This document shows, one piece after another, positions 58,001-64,000 of a stretch of 64,000 bases of DNA; the first letter of the stretch is position 1; each line of letters opens with the position of its first letter. Position numbers and translations under genes: made by a program. The DNA comes from Gordius albopunctatus (lineage: Eukaryota). The notes under the pieces are model-generated. The model was not told the origin of the DNA and made no database searches. It worked only from the letters and a program-made list of their open reading frames with translations. The stretch is from positions 8,370,001-8,434,000 of the forward strand of contig OZ193910.1 in NCBI GenBank assembly GCA_964276515.1, read 5' to 3'.

Positions 58001-61000
58001 CATCATCGCATAGAGCATGTTTCAAAAATTAAGCACTAACGTTGCGATACAACTAACTAATCGCAACAATATAACGTTGTATTTTCTCAAAATGATTGTT
58101 CTCGCAGCTTAAAACTTCTTTCTGAAGTCAATCGAGGATAAAAGGTTTCTCAAATCAGCTTACTTTTATATATTTTTTCAAGCTCTTTTACATAAAATAA
58201 CAAAAAATATATTTTTCAGGTTTAAATAATTCACAATTTTTTCCTTTCAACCATATTCAACCGATGAAAGTTGTTATTTTCAGACGTGATTTCCATGATA
58301 AAAAGTTAAAATTTATCAGAATTAGAGAACCATTACTTTTAAATCATCATCGCATAGAGCATGTTTCAAAAATTAAGCACTAACGTTGCGATACAACTAA
58401 CTAATCGCAACAATATAACGTTGTATTTTCTCAAAATGATTGTTCTCGCAGCTTAAAACTTCTTTCTGAAGTCAATCGAGGATAAAAGGTTTCTCAAATC
58501 AGCTTACTTTTATATATTTTTTCAAGCTCTTTTACATAAAATAACAAAAAATATATTTTTCAGGTTTAAATAATTCACAATTTTTTCCTTTCAACCATAT
58601 TCAACCGATGAAAGTTGTTATTTTCAGACGTGATTTCCATGATAAAAAGTTAAAATTTATCAGAATTAGAGAACTATTACTTTTAAATCATCATCGCATA
58701 GAGCATGTTTCAAAAATTAAGCACTAACGTTGCGATACAACTAACTAATCGCAACAATATAACGTTGTCTTTTCTCAAAATGATTGTTCTCGCAGCTTAA
58801 AACTTCTTATAAGGAGTCGATCGAGATTAATAGGATTCTCAAATAAGCTTACTTTTATATATTTTTTCAAGCTCTTTTACATAAAATAACAAAAAATATA
58901 TTGTTCAGGTTAAAATAATTCACAATTTTTTCCTTTCGGCCATATTCAACCGATGAAAGTTGTTATTTTCAGACGTGATTTCCATGATAAAAAGTTAAAA
59001 TTTATCAGAATTAGAGAACCATTACTTTTAAATCATCATCGCATAGAGCATGTTTCAAAAATTAAGCACTAACGTTGCGATACAACTAACTAATCGCAAC
59101 AATATAACGTTGTCTTTTCTCAAAATGATTGTTCTCGCAGCTTAAAACTTCTTATAAGGAGTCGATCGAGATTAATAGGATTCTCAAATCAGCTTACTTT
59201 TATATATTTTTTCAAGCTCTTTTACATAAAATAACAAAAAATATATTGTTCAGGTTAAAATAATTCACAATTTTTTCCTTTCGGCCATATTCAACCGATG
59301 AAAGTTGTTATTTTCAGACGTGATTTCCATGATAAAAAGTCAAAATTTATCAGAATTAGAGAACTGTTACTTTTAAATCATCATCGCATAGAGCATGTTT
59401 CAAAAATTAAGCACTAACGTTGCGATACAACTAACTAATCGCAACAATATAACGTTGTCTTTTCTCAAAATGATTGTTCTCGCAGCTTAAAACTTCTTTC
59501 TAAAGTCAATCGAGCATAAAAGGTTTCTCAAATTGGCTTACTTTTATATATTTTTTCAAGCTCTTTTACATAAAATAACAAAAAATATATTGTTCAGGTT
59601 AAAATAATTCACAATTTTTTCCTTTCAACCATATTCAACCGATGAAAGTTGTTATTTTCAGACGTGATTTCCATGATAAAAAGTTAAAATTTATCAGAAT
59701 TAGAGAACCATTACTTTTAAATCATCATCGCATAGAGCATGTTTCAAAAATTAAGCACTAACGTTGCGATACAACTAACTAATCGCAACAATATAACGTT
59801 GTATTTTCTCAAAATGATTGTTCTCGCAGCTTAAAACTTCTTTCTGAAGTCAATCGAGGATAAAAGGTTTCTCAAATCAGCTTACTTTTATATATTTTTT
59901 CAAGCTCTTTTACATAAAATAACAAAAAATATATTTTTCAGGTTTAAATAATTCACAATTTTTTCCTTTCAACCATATTCAACCGATGAAAGTTGTTATT
60001 TTCAGACGTGATTTCCATGATAAAAAGTTAAAATTTATCAGAATTAGAGAACTATTACTTTTAAATCATCATCGCATAGAGCATGTTTCAAAAATTAAGC
60101 ACTAACGTTGCGATACAACTAACTAATCGCAACAATATAACGTTGTCTTTTCTCAAAATGATTGTTCTCGCAACTTAAAACTTCTTATAAGGAGTCGATC
60201 GAGATTAATAGGATTCTCAAATCAGCTTACTTTTATATATTTTTTCAAGCTCTTTTACATAAAATAACAAAAAATATATTGTTCAGGTTAAAATAATTCA
60301 CAATTTTTTCCTTTCGGCCATATTCAACCGATGAAAGTTGTTATTTTCAGACGTGATTTCCATGATAAAAAGTTAAAATTTATCAGAATTAGAGAACCAT
60401 TACTTTTAAATCATCATCGCATAGAGCATGTTTCAAAAATTAAGCACTAACGTTGCGATACAACTAACTAATCGCAACAAAATAACGTTGTCTTTTCTCA
60501 AAATGATTGTTCTCGCAGCTTAAAACTTCTTTCTTAAGTCAATCGAGCATAAAAGGTTTCTCAAATTGGCTTACTTTAATATATTTTTTCAAGCTCTTTT
60601 ACATAAAATAACAAAAAATATATTTTTTCAGGATAAAATAATTCACAATTTTTTCCTTTCAACCATATTCAACTGATGAAAGTTGTTATTTTCAGACGTG
60701 ATTTCCATGATAAAAAGTTAAAATTTATCAGAATTAGAGAACCATTACTTTTAAATCATCATCGCATAGAGCATGTTTCAAAAATTAAGCACTAACGTTG
60801 CGATACAACGAACTAATCGCAACAATATAACGTTGTCTTTTCTCAAAATGATTGTTCTCGCAGCTTAAAACTTCTTATAAGGAGTCGATCGAGATTAATA
60901 GGATTCTCAAATAAGCTTACTTTTATATATTTTTTCAAGCTCTTTTACATAAAATAACAAAAAATATATTGTTCAGGTTAAAATAATTCACAATTTTTTC

Positions 61001-64000
61001 CTTTCGGCCATATTCAACCGATGAAAGTTGTTATTTTCAGACGTGATTTCCATGATAAAAAGTTAAAATTTATCAGAATTAGAGAACCATTACTTTTAAA
61101 TCATCATCGCATAGAGCATGTTTCAAAAATTAAGCACTAACGTTGCGATACAACTAACTAATCGCAACAAAATAACGTTGTCTTTTCTCAAAATGATTGT
61201 TCTCGCAGCTTAAAACTTCTTTCTTAAGTCAATCGAGCATAAAAGGTTTCTCAAATTGGCTTACTTTAATATATTTTTTCAAGCTCTTTTACATAAAATA
61301 ACAAAAAATATATTTTTTCAGGATAAAATAATTCACAATTTTTTCCTTTCAACCATATTCAACTGATGAAAGTTGTTATTTTCAGACGTGATTTCCATGA
61401 TAAAAAGTTAAAATTTATCAGAATTAGAGAACCATTACTTTTAAATCATCATCGCATAGAGCATGTTTCAAAAATTAAGCACTAACGTTGCGATACAACG
61501 AACTAATCGCAACAATATAACGTTGTCTTTTCTCAAAATGATTGTTCTCGCAGCTTAAAACTTCTTATAAGGAGTCGATCGAGATTAATAGGATTCTCAA
61601 ATAAGCTTACTTTTATATATTTTTTCAAGCTCTTTTACATAAAATAACAAAAAATATATTTTTCAGGTTAAAATAATTCACAATTTTTTCCTTTCAACCA
61701 TATTCAACCGATGAAAGTTGTTATTTTCAGACGTGATTTTCATGATAAAAAGTTAAAATTTATCAGAATTAGAGAACCATTACTTTTAAATCATCATCGC
61801 ATAGAGCATGTTTCAAAAATTAAGCACTAACGTTGCGATACAACTAACTAATCGCAACAATATAACGTTGTCTTTTCTCAAAATGATTGTTCTCGCAGCT
61901 TAAAACTTCTTATAAGGAGTCGATCGAGATTAATAGGATTCTCAAATCAGCTTACTTTTATATATTTTTTCAAGCTCTTTTACATAAAATAACAAAAAAT
62001 ATATTGTTCAGGTTAAAATAATTCACAATTTTTTCCTTTCGGGCATATTCAACCGATGAAAGTTGTTATTTTCAGACGTGATTTCCATGATAAAAAGTCA
62101 AAATTTATCAGAATTAGAGAACTGTTACTTTTAAATCATCATCGCATAGAGCATGTTTCAAAAATTAAGCACTAACGTTGCGATACAACTAACTAATCGC
62201 AACAATATAACGTTGTCTTTTCTCAAAATGATTGTTCTCGCAGCTTAAAACTTCTTTCTAAAGTCAATCGAGCATAAAAGGTTTCTCAAATTGGCTTACT
62301 TTAATATATTTTTTCAAGCTCTTTTACATAAAATAACAAAAAATATATTTTTTCAGGATAAAATAATTCACAATTTTTTTCCTTTCAACCATATTCAACC
62401 GATGAAAGTTGTTATTTTCAGACGTGATTTCCATGATAAAAAGTTAAAATTTATCAGAATTAGAGAACTATTACTTTTAAATCATCATCGCATAGAGCAT
62501 GTTTCAAAAATTAAGCACTAACGTTGCGATACAACTAACTAATCGCAACAATATAACGTTGTCTTTTCTCAAAATGATTGTTCTCGCAACTTAAAACTTC
62601 TTATAAGGAGTCGATCGAGATTAATAGGATTCTCAAATCAGCTTACTTTTATATATTTTTTCAAGCTCTTTTACATAAAATAACAAAAAATATATTGTTC
62701 AGGTTAAAATAATTCACAATTTTTTCCTTTCGGCCATATTCAACCGATGAAAGTTGTTATTTTCAGACGTGATTTCCATGATAAAAAGTTAAAATTTATC
62801 AGAATTAGAGAACCATTACTTTTAAATCATCATCGCATAGAGCATGTTTCAAAAATTAAGCACTAACGTTGCGATACAACTAACTAATCGCAACAAAATA
62901 ACGTTGTCTTTTCTCAAAATGATTGTTCTCGCAGCTTAAAACTTCTTTCTTAAGTCAATCGAGCATAAAAGGTTTCTCAAATTGGCTTACTTTAATATAT
63001 TTTTTCAAGCTCTTTTACATAAAATAACAAAAAATATATTTTTTCAGGATAAAATAATTCACAATTTTTTCCTTTCAACCATATTCAACTGATGAAAGTT
63101 GTTATTTTCAGACGTGATTTCCATGATAAAAAGTTAAAATTTATCAGAATTAGAGAACCATTACTTTTAAATCATCATCGCATAGAGCATGTTTCAAAAA
63201 TTAAGCACTAACGTTGCGATACAACGAACTAATCGCAACAATATAACGTTGTCTTTTCTCAAAATGATTGTTCTCGCAGCTTAAAACTTCTTATAAGGAG
63301 TCGATCGAGATTAATAGGATTCTCAAATAAGCTTACTTTTATATATTTTTTCAAGCTCTTTTACATAAAATAACAAAAAATATATTGTTCAGGTTAAAAT
63401 AATTCACAATTTTTTCCTTTCGGCCATATTCAACCGATGAAAGTTGTTATTTTCAGACGTGATTTCCATGATAAAAAGTTAAAATTTATCAGAATTAGAG
63501 AACCATTACTTTTAAATCATCATCGCATAGAGCATGTTTCAAAAATTAAGCACTAACGTTGCGATACAACTAACTAATCGCAACAAAATAACGTTGTCTT
63601 TTCTCAAAATGATTGTTCTCGCAGCTTAAAACTTCTTTCTGAAGTCAATCGAGGATAAAAGGTTTCTCAAATCAGCTTACTTTTATATATTTTTTCAAGC
63701 TCTTTTACATAAAATAACAAAAAATATATTTTTCAGGTTTAAATAATTCACAATTTTTTCCTTTCAACCATATTCAACCGATGAAAGTTGTTATTTTCAG
63801 ACGTGATTTCCATGATAAAAAGTTAAAATTTATCAGAATTAGAGAACTATTACTTTTAAATCATCATCGCATAGAGCATGTTTCAAAAATTAAGCACTAA
63901 CGTTGCGATACAACTAACTAATCGCAACAATATAACGTTGTCTTTTCTCAAAATGATTGTTCTCGCAACTTAAAACTTCTTATAAGGAGTCGATCGAGAT

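Larger units (their letters stand above)
1..64000. repeat. Satellite DNA array, ~345-bp AT-rich monomer, ~185 head-to-tail copies, running off both window edges
   Basis: The motif TATTTTCAGACG starts at 1, 346, 691, 1032, 1377 and so on (steps 345, 345, 341, 345). The same monomer recurs on the same strand to position 64000 with no unique sequence. Monomer 1-345 has 57 C + 41 G (28% GC). Confidence 0.99.

Noticed and set aside
62291..62521. 76-aa ORF from the supplied track
   Set aside because: It starts at TTG inside satellite sequence and is open only because this monomer has a 7-T instead of 6-T tract (~62374-62380) that fuses two short frames. There is no recognisable domain, and it is absent from the other ~184 monomers.
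1..64000. CRISPR array or repeat-spacer system (palindromic motif recurring at regular intervals)
   Set aside because: The sequence between palindromes is itself near-identical between units, so there are no unique spacers. The period is 345 bp and no cas-like ORFs are present.
1..64000. Transposon/MITE insertion or orientation switch within the array
   Set aside because: No non-satellite sequence, terminal inverted repeats with target-site duplications, or reverse-complement monomers were seen on reading through the window.

Overview
The whole 64 kb window is one uninterrupted, head-to-tail, single-orientation tandem array (satellite DNA) of an AT-rich ~345-bp monomer. There are about 185 copies, and I counted 28% GC in copy 1-345. 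I see no credible protein-coding gene, RNA gene, transposon insertion, inversion or CRISPR array. The organisation is typical of eukaryotic (peri)centromeric or heterochromatic satellite, but I cannot name the family or species from the sequence alone. The interesting content is internal structure. (i) The monomer looks like an old, diverged dimer of ~170-bp subunits and carries several dyad symmetries. (ii) An island of ~9 diverged 346-348-bp monomers sits at ~8.1-11.3 kb. (iii) The two ends of the window share diagnostic variants that the middle largely lacks. (iv) There are recent local higher-order duplications with different periods (2, 3, 7, 9, 16 monomers) plus dispersed block copies. 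(v) A dimorphic ~38-bp segment occurs with recombinant forms. The single ORF in the track is best explained as an artefact of a 1-bp T-tract insertion. All coordinates and counts were obtained by eye, so block boundaries are approximate.
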